The notes under the pieces are model-generated. The model made no database searches. It saw nothing but the letters and a program-made list of their open reading frames with translations, and was not told the origin of the DNA. The position numbers and the translations under genes were made by a program. 64,000 nt of DNA from Amoebidium appalachense (Eukaryota; Protista; Ichthyosporea), in contig CAVNZM010000014.1 in assembly GCA_963693365.1 (NCBI GenBank), positions 1,674,001 to 1,738,000 of the forward strand, given 5' to 3'. Of this stretch, positions 44,412 through 64,000 are shown piece after piece. Position 1 is the stretch's first letter; every line of letters starts with the position of its first letter.

Positions 44412-44647
44412 GGTAGTGAGGGATAACCTTTCTTTTTTTCTTTTTTTTTTTTTTTTTTTTTTGGGTTCGGTGTGTGTGTTGTAGTCCAATTTGTGTGCCC
44501 CTCCCCCCCCCCCCCCCCCCCCCCCCCCTTTTCTCCGTCTTTCATTCTTCAAGTTCCCACCACATGCCCGCACCCCCCCCCCCCCCCCCCCCGCACGTGT
44601 GCGAACGGGCACGCACGCACACACACACGCACACACGCGGGTGCGCG

Positions 44648-44694
<47 letters not shown>

Positions 44695-45321
44695 CACACA
44701 CACACACATGTGCTTTCTCGTACATTGATCAGAGCGGCATTGTTCACTTTTTAAGGCCTGGGCATGTGGCCATGGCCGCTTTGTTTTTTTTTTTAACGCT
44801 GTAATGTACGCCCTGCAAATGGTAGCTGGGTGGGAATTGGCATAATGCCTTGCGATAGTAAACAGGTTTTATTGGAGTAATTTTCTTTTTAGATCTGGTT
44901 TTTGTCTTCCAAATTTTCGTTGTTCACACGCCACTGAGTACAGTAAGTTGAGAAATATTCTTGATGGACATGGATTCTGGCTACCACGACGAACGTGGCT
45001 CATGGGCCTTGGAAAATGTTGTTTGGACGAGGTGTGCTTTATTATATGAAAATTATGTGTTTACCATGAAGTTCGCTTTTTTTTTGGCTTGTACATACCA
45101 AAACATATAGGATTTATTGCAGGATTTAAGGTGTCGTGGCACTTGACACGTAACCAACAGGACATAGATGCAACTAAAATATTAATGCACAAGCATGATA
45201 AGAAAACCTAAGTGTGCATGCGTAAGTTATTACACCGAGCCCCTGGTCTCTCTCTCTTCCTCTCTCTCTCCCTCCCCCCCCCCCCCCCCTCCCCCTACCC
45301 CCCCAAACAGAGAGACGGGCA

Positions 45322-45365
<44 letters not shown>

Positions 45366-45942
45366 ACACACACACACACATGGATACTCGCACCTGCGTA
45401 CAAATCATTCAACACACACCACATGCACACTGTGACACTATCACACACCCACACACCACCTTACACACACACACGCACGCGTGCGCGTGCGCGCGCACAC
45501 ACACACACACACACACACATGTACAGCCACACACACACACCACATATGTATATACTCACAGACCACATACTGCAAGTCTGCAACATACACACACACATGA
45601 GCATGGCGACACCCACATATGCCACGTAATACGCACACACCACATACATACACACACACAGCCACACACACCACATAATATACACACACCACATGCTTTA
45701 ACATATACACATACATGCACACACACACAAACGCCACGTAATACGCACACACCAACATATGCACATTAATATTCACACACATGATGATTTCACTTCTTTC
45801 CCGTGGGCCGACCACTCTTGGACAGTCCTGGTCATACCATTTGTGCACAGCAATACTGCATGAGCACCAGGTTTATATAGTAGACTATTCGTTCATGAGT
45901 ATCGATATCCGACCGTATATTGATCAATGACAAGCAACACTA

Positions 45943-45987
<45 letters not shown>

Positions 45988-46098
45988 CCCCCCCCCCCCC
46001 CCCCCCCCCAAACACACACACATTCTTGATGTGGCTTGCACTCTGCATTATTTTGTCCGTTGTGAACGTGTACTTCGTGTACTTTATAACCCCCCCCC

Positions 46099-46134
<36 letters not shown>

Positions 46135-46418
46135 CCCACCAAAAAAAAAAAAAAAAAAAAAAACCCAACTTGACCAAAACGAGATCTTAACACTAGCATC
46201 TGATTGGATAACGTTTTAGCGCTTTCTGGTTGGCAGAACGCGCACCCGCGGGACGTCATTCAGTGCCTTGGTCTTGCGCTGCACACCAAAAAGTCAAAGG
46301 GATTCGAAGCCCGTCGTTTTAGCACAAGTGAATGCATGTTTTTGTTTACGGTAAAGGCTTGCTTTTGTCAAAGCACGTCGGGTTGAACTTCCAAGCAGCT
46401 GTACATTTTCCAATTTCC

Positions 46419-46969
46419 ATGCGAAAGCAAGAGTCGAATGTCAGAGATCGAAGGAATGTTTATATGAGATTGTGTATGCGATTAAATGAACAGGGGCCTC
46501 GGTGCAACACTACCAATTGTTAATCTCAACACGTATCAGTGTATACACAACATCACATACAACTAAAACGCATCACGGCGTTATTCTTCTGAGCAACCGC
46601 CCATTCAGGCTTTTGAGTTTTCTACTGGCCACCTCATTTGCTTATAATAGGTCATCGCAGAGGGTGAGTCTGGGGATCTGGAAGAATGGTGGGTGCGCAT
46701 GGTTTGAAGATCCATTGCACACAGTACTGCTGCTTGCTTTCACCAAGAGTTTTCTTGTATCTTCTCGCATATAAAACTCCACCAAATAAAATAGCCTCTA
46801 CATTCATCACGCAGGTTGCCTTTCCATCCTTCCTCCGTTATCTGATCACGAGCTCGGGTCTTTCTTTGTCCACCCTGGTGCCCACCGGATCTAACATAAT
46901 GCCACAAGCCCATTGTTTTTTTTTTTCTAGATCCTTTGCAAAAATATCACACTACCAAAATACCCCGGT

Positions 46970-47011
<42 letters not shown>

Positions 47012-47270
47012 GGGGGGGAGGGTCCACATCGTTCCGTGTCCCCCTCCCAAACTTGATACTATAATGCAAGCGCCTCGGTAAGTTCACAGATTGCGGCATT
47101 TGCATGTAGACAAAGGCTATGTCTTAATGTGTACCTATGCTCCATTTGCAGACAGCCGGATACCTGCTAGACCTCTGTCGGGGTAAAGATCGGTTGAAGC
47201 GGCGCTGCACCAAGAAGAAACTGTGGCGTTCACAATATTGCTCTGACTGCAACCGATGGAATCGGTGAGA

Positions 47271-47301
<31 letters not shown>

Positions 47302-47713
47302 TCCCCCTCCCCCCCTCCCCCCCCCCCCCCCGGCACCCACCCATCCACACACACACATACCGTAACACACACCCCCGGCCATACCCTCCCTCTTCCTCCT
47401 TCCCCCCTCCCCAGCCCCTTCTTGCCTCTAACCCTACACATTATCCCCCCCCCCCCCCCCCCCTCCCCCGCGCACCCAGCGTTCCCACCCATCCACTCTT
47501 GCCCTATACACACGATACCTATAGGGGACGGATTGTCCCCGTACACACTACACACTGGGAGTGTGTGCATGAGGCTTCGTGCTGTAGTTTTGTGGCTGTT
47601 GTGAATGTGGATGACAGTGTGTGCAGGTGTATGCACGTGTGTATGTTTGCTGGTGTGCGTGCCCAAATATGTGTGTGTATGGGAGGTGGAGACCCGGGGG
47701 TGTGTGTGTGTGG

Positions 47714-47744
<31 letters not shown>

Positions 47745-48376
47745 AGGGTTGGGGGCATGCATGGTGGGTACACAATTCTGTGGATGCATGGACATGTGTT
47801 CAAATCTGTTTGTTTTGATGCTCTGTGCGCGTTTTGTCTCAGCAATTTTCTCGTGTCGTTCCAACACTGCATGTGTGTGTAGTGTGTGTTTTTGTACGAT
47901 TGACAGGAAGCATTTTTTAGAAGAAGGTTGTGGGTTTGGCAAACCTTTACCAGGAGATATGGATTTGATCGATAGGAAGATACTGGGCCGATAAAAAAAT
48001 ATAACGAAAATCTAACGCAAAAAAGAAAATATTAATAGTAAGGTAACTTGAATAAAGATTAGCCTAGAAAACCACAACAATGCCGGGAAGATATTTTAGT
48101 AAGGTCCGGCATGCGTTTAGTCTGTACTAAGGTTGGTGACCAATCATACCTATTACGGCAGGTCCAGCAAGCTCCCAAAGCGAAATCTCCAAGTGTGGGT
48201 GCCCACCCCGTACGGGTTTGAACAGGTGGCAGATTCAGACAACGAGTCAGACACAAATGGGTCTGAAACGGAGGAAATTACAATGGGGTAAGTGTTGACA
48301 AACTCAAACACCAATGTGTGTTGTTTGGATGCCCCCCTCCCCCCCCTCCCGTTTTCCCCATCACCCAATCCTCCCC

Positions 48377-48407
<31 letters not shown>

Positions 48408-48488
48408 ACACACTGCTCCCGCCCCTTCTCCCCTTGTTACCCCCCCCCCCCTCCCCCCTACCCCCCTCTTAGGCCTCCCCCTCCCCCT

Positions 48489-48527
<39 letters not shown>

Positions 48528-49353
48528 AAAACACCTCTTTGACGTCCCTCTTCGAGATCTGAACCGTCTGCAGCCTCTCCTGTATAGAATACCACCGTTT
48601 TGCTCCTCCCCTACCCCCCCCTACACACACACACTGTGGGCCAAAATTCCCTGCCCTATCCATGCACATAAACACCCCTTCCCGCCTCTTTCCCCCCTCC
48701 CCGGGTAGATACACATAAATAAAGAATGCACACCTCCCGAAAATCTAAATGGTATATTTCTCTGCCTTTTGTTGGCATATTTACCTGCAGGTACATATGT
48801 GCGTGTCCCCCCTACTCTCTTGCTGCAGCGGAACTGAAGACATGGTGCACACGATGAAGTTTTAAATTTTTAACTCAGTCTGAACCAATCACATTGCAGG
48901 ATCAGGAGAATTCAAGTGGCAGCCCAGTCTCACTCGGCCGAAGAACGCTCATCCCTACCGCCACCAACTACACAAGACCCACCCATTTCCGTGGTTACAA
49001 ACAGCAGCGAAATTTCAACTTCCCTGCACCGAACATCAAGCTCGGACGACAACCTTAGAAGTTTTAACTCGGAATCTGACACGGATTCCGATTCCGAAGA
49101 AGACGGGAAATATAGTCCGAGTACAAGAAGGAGCAAATATGCCAATAAGTTATCGCAAACAAGCAGGCGAAATGGTACAAATGCGGCAAAGAAAAGAGGG
49201 AATTCACACCATCAATATCTGCGCCTGGCAGATTTTGGAATCTCTGTGGAAGTGGTTGTGAAACCCGCTGTAAGTGGGGGCATGCATTATGATACTGGAA
49301 AGGAATGTGTGCACAGTGGGAAAGTGGGTGGCGGCGTTCCGAACATTGCATAG
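46419..49353 (+). CDS. Hypothetical protein (~276 aa), 5 exons
   Basis: GT-AG exons 46419-46501, 46609-46663, 47152-47264, 48162-48287 and 48900-49353 join in one open frame. Ser/acidic-rich C-terminal part with no recognised domain. The first two exons are the least certain. Confidence 0.5.
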
Positions 49354-49596
49354 ATCACATGCATGCGGAACGCTTTTTAAATTACAGTAGTAACAACTCT
49401 CAGTGTTGAAGTAACTCAGTATTGGTAATTTTGAGTTTAGTTTATGTATGGCGCAAAAAATTTTAACCGCTTGACGGATGGCTGATTTAGTATTTCTGTG
49501 GTGCCTTTACTGACCCACCAAATGAAAAGACGGATGTGCTGGACAAACTGTTATAGGTGGGGCGGGCCCCTTGAAAAGCATAAAAATACTGAGTTA

Positions 49597-49639
<43 letters not shown>

Positions 49640-49640
49640 C

Positions 49641-49705
<65 letters not shown>

Positions 49706-49733
49706 TGTGTGTTTGTGTGTTTGTGTGTGGGGG

Positions 49734-50489
49734 GGCGGGTTGGTGCAATGGTAAGATCTCTGCGTGTCAAGCTCAAAGTCGCAGGATCGATCCCTGGCAC
49801 GTACTGACGGTGCCTGGGCTGCTATGAACTTGCCGTTCGCCTCACGCCCATGCATGCTTTCTCTTGCGGCGGCTCTACGGTCCCGAGAGTCCAGTGTTCG
49901 CTGTGTGTGTAAGGAAAAATACGACTCAGCAGGTGACCGGATCGATCCTGGTTACTTCCGATTTTTGTTCTGCCTCGACGGTCCAACGGTCTGGCCGCCC
50001 CCTAGAAGCCATCACCCCAGACCACGTCAAGCAGCACCACCAATTTGTTATCATCCGGCCGCAAGACATGACGTCATGAACAGCACCGGCCCTCTGACGT
50101 CGGTGGCGCGCCGCTTGGGGATCCCGGCCCAACGTTCAAGTGGGAGACCAATCCGAGTCACCGGCCACGGTTCGGGTCAGCGTCCTGAGCTTGGGGTCTT
50201 CCCTTTCAAGACTTTATGTTTGTGTATGTGACCCGGGTCGCTCCCGGCTGGTGTTGTTAAAGTGAGCTGTGCTCACTTCCCCACTACAATAGCGTTGCTG
50301 CGGCTAGAACCGTGGGATAAGGCGTAACTAAAAATAGTGCCAGTTGGGGTCAATTAGAATCCTGACTTATGAGTGTGCTATACAGTACGATCTGTGTCTA
50401 GGCGGAAGACGGTAAGCTCCCCTGAGGCAGTGCCTCGCCGGGAGTGAAACGGGATAAAATAAAATAATAATAATAATAATAATAATAAA
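49734..50489 (+). mobile_element. tRNA-derived SINE-like element with (TAA)n tail
   Basis: A-box-like TGGTGCAATGG (49741) and B-box/T-arm CAGG-ATCGATC-CCTG (~49782-96). A ~700-bp unique body ends in AAATAA(TAA)n, with (GT)n on both flanks. Confidence 0.65.
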
Positions 50490-51082
50490 GTGTGTGTGTG
50501 TGTGTGTGTGTGCACGTGTGTGTGTAAGCTTGGAGCGAGGGGGAGGGGGAAGGGGATGGATGGGATGTATGGCACACATTGCCGAGATGAGCAATATAAT
50601 CAACAAACGCGTGATGAATCATTACGAGTATGTGTGTGGCTTCCGAGTTTCAGTAGTGTACAACATATGCATGCCGCTAAGCTAGTACTTTACCAAGTGT
50701 TCGACACGAAGAAAGAAAAGAAGAAGAAAAGAAAAAAGAAAGAAAGAAGGAAGGAAAGAAAGAGAGCGAAAGAAAGAAGGAAGGAAGGAAGGAAGGAAGG
50801 AAGGAAAGAACACGCCATATCAGCTTATATATACCAGCATCTGCCACCCCCAGGGGACTAGCCATATAACCCCCCCCATCCCCTCGCCCTCAGTTTTTGT
50901 TACTCCTGTTACGTATATACCTAAAAGTCGAGCCTTTGGGGGGGGGCGGGGTGGGGAGGGAGGGTGGGGGGGAGGAGGGGAGGGGAAGTAAAGGGTCCCG
51001 GGAGAGGGGGGGGGGAAAGCGGGGAAGAGGGAGGTGTGTTTGTGTGTACACGTGTGTGTGCGTGTGTGTGTGTGTGTGTGTT

Positions 51083-51115
<33 letters not shown>

Positions 51116-51760
51116 GGGGGCGAGGGAGGGTCTACATGTTGGGCGGGGTGGAGGGGAGCCGGGCGGAGAGGGGGGAGGGGGTGGGGGGTGGGGAAGAAGG
51201 GGAGGGTCAATTCATTCGGCCAGGCCACATCGCCCACATGATATCATCATCACTTGACTCGTGGCGGCCGGCCCCCGGGTCATGCCTGTGGCCGGTGTGG
51301 CGGAGCTACATGATTGGTGCCCTGGAATCCGCCACTAGTGGGACAAAAATAGCAACATAATGTAGCTTGATGGCTATTTATAGTTTTGGCGCAGTTGGGA
51401 GCAGTGATGACGTAAGCTCATGTGTCTCAAAGTCCGAAAGACTCAAAAGTTCGAAGTCCCAAAAAAACTGGAACACAGTGCCTCTGAGGATTATGATTGG
51501 AATGTTTTACTTGATTGTTTTACTTGATTGGTTTACGTGCGCTTTTCTAGTTAAGGAGCTTTCATGATTGTTGGCTTAAACAGAGTACAGGGCGAGGGCA
51601 GCGCCTATTCCGATGATACCTTAGTAGGTTGCTTACACTTGCTGCTTGCAATTGAGTTGGTGTACACAGACTAGTAGTGCAGTAAAAGAGGTCTTAGGGT
51701 AACTCAGTATTGGCTGGCTGTGCATTCTTGAAGGATAATTCGAGAAGAGGGCAAGACACC

Positions 51761-58802
<7,042 letters not shown>

Positions 58803-59072
58803 CGTGTTTTCTCATTTCTTACTCTTTCGTTTGGCTTTTTGTTTCTTTTTTCTTTTCTTCTTTATGGTTTTTCTTTTTTTTTTTAAAAAAAAATTTTTTT
58901 TAAACCAAAAAGGAAGATTTTGCCATAGTCGATATATCTTCAACTACAAAGAAATGTTTGGTCCCTTTATCCATGGGGAGACATGCGGATAACGGAAGGG
59001 GTTTCAGGCATTAATACATGGATGGGTGTAAGCGTGTTTTTTGGGGGGGCTGGAGTTGGGTGGGCGGCGGCG

Positions 59073-59106
<34 letters not shown>

Positions 59107-59110
59107 GGGG

Positions 59111-59171
<61 letters not shown>

Positions 59172-59537
59172 GAGGGGGGATGATCACACAATATGTGCAT
59201 GAGATTGTGTAAGGTTCCTTGAAACTTAAATCCTGTAAAGCACGATTCAATGTGATAACGAACCGATTGGTGGGTGTGTGTCTTTTTTTGAGATTTGCAT
59301 CAGTGAGCTGGCTTGCTGATAATTCCAAAAAAGGAAGTAGCTATTGAGAAGCAATTACCGACATTCCGCCTCATAGAGCCCGCGAAAGACAAATGGAACG
59401 TTAACACAAAAATGAAAAACAAATAAAATTTAATATCATCAAAAAGATACAAGTGACTTGATCTTGTGTTGCTCGAATCCCTGTTTTGCCTCCCCTCCCC
59501 CCCTCCCCCCTCTCCCCTCCCTCCCTCTCACACATGT

Positions 59538-59592
<55 letters not shown>

Positions 59593-59694
59593 AAGGGGGG
59601 CAACCCCGGCCCTGACCCTCCTATGCATGTCGATCCAGTAATCCCAAACAAACCCTTATACCCTCAAGGGATGAGCCACTTCAGGTCGATTGGC

Positions 59695-59992
59695 TAAGGG
59701 GGGTAAACAGATACGCTTAACGGCTTGATTTTTGACCATATTGGAGCGCCTTCAATATGGTAACCACATTAAACGTTAGATTGGTTAATGTGAAATCGAT
59801 TGACCGGCTCGTCCCATCATTGGATGTGTGTGAAGGCGCTCCAATCATAAATGTTTAAAATCGTGCTCCACAAATCTCGAAAGCTGATTGGAGCGCCTTC
59901 AAAATGGTACTACGGATTTCTAAGATCGTGGTCCTAGCCAAACCTCGGATTGACCGTTTAGCGTGATTACGTTTCTTAACGTTCGCCTATAA
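59695..59992. mobile_element. Degenerate DNA-transposon/MITE-like segment
   Basis: ATTGGAGCGCCTTCA occurs three times (+ ~59739, - ~59831, + ~59887), with weak terminal inversion ACGCTTAACGG / CCGTTTAGCGT. Confidence 0.4.
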
Positions 59993-60134
59993 TGCATGGG
60001 AATATTAGCACTGGAAACAGGATGGCCGTAGAACCGTTTCAAAATTCCTCAGGGAATCCTTACCAAATATAGCAAATATTCGAATTCAGAATTCGACTAC
60101 AAAGCCGCGATCCTAAACGTAATTACTAATCTTG

Positions 60135-60179
<45 letters not shown>

Positions 60180-61105
60180 ACCCCACCCCTTCTCACGTGC
60201 CGCCGGCGGAAAAAGTGCATTTACACATGATCACACATTTATGAGTAATCGTGATTTTACACTGGAGCGTATGATTGTAGGCTGTGAACATTTTATAAAG
60301 CAGAAAATCCTTGAAAGCACCGTCGCTTTTTCGGATCGAGGGACATATGAATTCCTACCTTAACATTTACATCATTAATTTTCTGATTTCGTTTCCATTG
60401 AAAACCTTTCATTTTCATTATCGTCTAAGAGCAAGTCTGACAGATAATCGAAATTTCGCACAACAATCTAAACTATCTTCTAACTTCTGCAGCTCTGGTG
60501 GAGGGTATCAAACCTCGACCAACACACACATCTACGGCTATCCAGTGCACTGGAATTACATTTCAGACTATCTGACACGCGAAAATATCTGGAACTATCT
60601 AACCCCACAACTACATCACCCTGAACTGTCTTACGATACCTATACTTCCAAATAAGGTAGGGGCACTAGCATACCATACCAAAAACAGGCGTACCATCGG
60701 AAAATCAACAACGACCAATTCTTACAAGACCAATCATCACCAAAAAAGGCCAAAATAGGCAGAAATACGCATAATCTTTAAGCTAGAACAAAGAAAACTG
60801 AACAAACAAATAAGCCAGAACATGTTAAGTGCATCACACTTCATCCAAAATCTTAGTGGGCAAAAATCGAATTATCTTCGCCGCGCCCGTGTGATGGGCT
60901 TGCGGATTAATTCTAAGTGTTGGCAGCAATGCATAGCATAGCCTTTAGAATAAATTGCCCAAGGTATATATAGAATTGTTTCCGGTTGTTCAAAAAAAAA
61001 AAAAAAAAAAAAAAAAAACCCCCGACAACCTAAAAACCACACACCAAGCCAAACACCGGCGATGAGTTTTGAAACGTCCAAAAGTACACACAACTGCAAG
61101 GGAGG

Positions 61106-61150
<45 letters not shown>

Positions 61151-61244
61151 TGGCGCCGTCATAAACGAGACAAATCATCCGACGTTCATCGAGCCAAAAA
61201 CCCCAACTCATGTGCTCCAAATCCATGCCTCATTCCCAACGCCT

Positions 61245-61286
<42 letters not shown>

Positions 61287-61293
61287 CCCTCGC

Positions 61294-61923
61294 TCACGCA
61301 TGGAAACTTCCCTCCGTTTCGTCGCTTCGCAAGCACCCACTCCCTTCCTGCTCCTTTCCATTTTTGGAGTTCTTCGACCGTCGTTTCCCAGATGTAGACG
61401 TTTGTCTCCTTCGGCTGAAAAGGGCTTCAGGCCTATGGCGTGCGTGGGTCCTAAAGTAGAGCCCACAGGCGTTACACAACAGTTGCTTGCCGTCCAGTCT
61501 TCTCCACATGGCTGACTGTGTCACTGTGTGTAAGGATCGGGCGTTGTTAGTGTTGCAGAAACGCAAAAGATAGAACAAACCAAAGAAAAGAAATCAAAAT
61601 CGGCACGCAGTCTAAGTATACCACAGGTAGATAATCAACGTTGAAAGAAAATATGTTCAGCTTATGCATATCCTGTTTTTCATAGTGATTCGTTTCAAGG
61701 AATTGGGAGATTACAGAAACTCGATACGGCCACCACTCAAACAATTGCAACATCCCACGTTAACACAGCAAGAGGGGTGTGTCGCAGCAGTGCAAGCAAA
61801 CAAACAAACATGACATGGATAGCGAAATTCAAAAAGACACAGTCTCCCATACAAATGAGCCACCACCACCACCACATTTAACAACAAAAAAAGGGAGTAA
61901 AATAGGTTTTGTGTGTGTGTGTA

Positions 61924-61991
<68 letters not shown>

Positions 61992-62658
61992 GTTGTTGTT
62001 GTTTTTTGGGGGGGGGGGGGGGGCTACCTGCGCAGTTATTACACTTCAGGGCCACATTTGGGTCCTCTACCGCATCAGAAGTCGACAGTGGCGAATTTTG
62101 AGATTCGGCGCGGGTCGTTTCGCTCCCCGCGTCGCGGTTTAGGGGGTCTTGCGATGTGTCCCACGGTTGCCCAGGCCAACTGTGAGGTGTTCCCCCAAAC
62201 TGGGGGGCACCAACACCTTCGGCCCAATTTGATTCGTGGGTTTCAATCATACTGTTCCTTTTCGGGTACACATTTTCACCCACGGGTACAGAAATGGTCG
62301 GTGTTTCCGGTGGTTGCGTTGACGGGATGGTTTGGGGAGGCCACCTTTGTGTGTGCTCGGGATAGTATGGGTGCAATTTCGCGCCGTTTGTGGGCTCTGG
62401 GGGGACCTCTGAAGCTACCGACCCCCCCGCCTGCTTCCAGGTAGAAGGACTTCTTGGATGTTCCGAAGAATCATAACTGAATCTTCGGCCAATGACTGAT
62501 GAATCTGATGGAGCTGGGAGGGTATATGGGCTGGAACGATGCGGGGATGCAGAACGAACAGAGGTAGACGAGGGTGTTGGTGTTTGGAGGATGCTTTCAA
62601 TGGTGAACAGAGAGGTCCGGCGGCTCAGAGGAGCAGAAGCCTGTGTGTGGTAAAACAT
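61294..62658 (-). CDS. GATA-type zinc-finger transcription factor (single finger, ~286 aa), 2 exons
   Basis: Exon 62658-62028 joined to exon 61523-61294 gives [37 protein letters not shown] (C-x2-C-x17-C-x2-C) with a basic tail. Confidence 0.92.
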
Positions 62659-64000
62659 GGGATTAGATTATAGCTGGGTATATGATTAGTTTACAGCTGC
62701 ATTAATGATTCATTTACGCCTGCATTACTGTAATGAATTGCTGAGGAACATGAAAAAAAACTGGAGAATGCACATGGTGGCTAGGTGTCACTATAAATTC
62801 CAGCACCCCTTGTTTGGTTTTAGACACCCAAGTTGAATCGGAAAAGTTCGAGATGAATCGAAAACATGTCTTATGCGGAGCCCAAAGCATACATCGTATC
62901 CAAGCATTCCTTAGTTGGTTTTAGACAGACAATTTGAAACGACAATCACAGGTATTCCAAGCCCAAACATCCATCCTGCAAGATCGGATAATGGTTTAAA
63001 CATTGCCGAGAACTCCCCTGTAGGTTACCTTTAGTGATGTTCCAAAAAGTGTACGATTCGACTAACACCGTGGCCTGCCCAACGACATAAAATACTCATC
63101 TTACTGTGAAGTCGTTAGTAATGAAAAAGTTTTAGAAATGTCGTTCTACCATCAGCTATTTATTATGGTACGTAGGTCACATTCAGCCTTGGTTCACAAA
63201 AATTCATCACAGTTTACAGTTTGCATGTTTACTTAGCCAAGAGTACTCCACAGCTTTATTCAGGTTACTCCTCTCACACAACCTCTTCCTAATGCTAAAC
63301 ATGAGATTAAATTGGCAGAGAAAAACAAAGCATTTCGAGAGAACGGTTTTCAGGTCAGCCATAGAGTCAGCCATACCTGCTTGAGATCTTCAGGGGCCGG
63401 TGATTGAGTCCAATGCAGGTGTAAAGGGGATTGTGTAAGAGGGGAGGGTCCCTTCTCTACCAAGCAACCATCATAACCTGAAGAAGTCGATGTCATCGTG
63501 CTATTGCGTGTGTGATTGAAACCCAAGGACGTCGTGTGGGTTGTGGCGGACTTCAGAGTGGGTGGTGTGAGAGGTGGGGAAGAAGAGATGAGCTATTGAG
63601 GCATATCAAAGGCAGAAATAAAGTGCACCAGACCTATAAAAGGCGCACAGGTGCATGTGTTTGAGGTTTTCTGGTTGAGTTCAAAGACCCATGCTGTTGA
63701 AAACAAACCAGTGTGCTTTAGGATGTAAGCAGCTAATTAGCTGGGGTTAACGCCCAGTAGCTATATAGGTCGGCAACTGGCTGTTAACAAAAGCAGCAAT
63801 CAGTTTTAGAACATAAATGAGAGCTTCTTGTTTCCGGATGCAAATCTCAGTGATGCACCAAATGTGCAATAAATAGAAGTTGAATTATAATGTTTAGAAC
63901 GGGTGTGGCTTCTACGCTCACTTGAGGTTCCTCTCCGTGTTGTGCTCTCCGAGTGAAAGTTGTTACGGTAAACAAACGCCCTGATCTCCACACTACAAAT

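Noticed and set aside
49734-49805. Functional tRNA-Asp gene
   Set aside because: The acceptor and anticodon stems do not pair properly and there is no oligo-T terminator. It is better explained as a SINE head.
50415-50456. Hammerhead ribozyme near the SINE 3' end (CTGAGG...GAAAC)
   Set aside because: It lacks the CUGANGA core and the required stems.
63806-64000. Minus-strand ORF at the window end
   Set aside because: Short, with no recognisable motif. It cannot be evaluated without flanking sequence.

Overview
Eukaryotic genomic DNA, rich in introns, microsatellites and G/C homopolymers. Gene content and intron style fit a unicellular opisthokont, possibly an ichthyosporean (inference only). 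Most ORFs in the supplied track are low-complexity artefacts. The first 22.5 kb is a transposon nest. It holds the 3' end of a Ngaro-type tyrosine-recombinase retrotransposon (1-915), a chromodomain Gypsy LTR element (~1077-9757) and a 4.3-kb truncated duplicate of the 5' part of an amino-acid transporter gene. It also holds a complete inverted Ngaro copy (15288-22486) disrupted by two solo LTRs and a 32-bp transposon footprint. The remainder contains five spliced host genes reconstructed by hand: an orphan 7-8 TM protein, a 13-exon SLC36/AVT transporter, an orphan 5-exon gene, SF3B6/p14 and a GATA factor. It also has a hAT deletion derivative with an 8-bp TSD, a tRNA-derived SINE and several MITEs. 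The most interesting leads are: (i) a Gypsy element that appears to combine an intron-joined ORF1-gag with UAG readthrough into pol; (ii) a single-orientation, mostly intronic short repeat family that usually ends in poly(C); (iii) C-runs placed just after many 5' splice sites; (iv) a P-element-like excision footprint; and (v) an eh1 Groucho-binding motif in the GATA factor. Coordinates were counted by eye and may be off by a few bases. No database searches were run.
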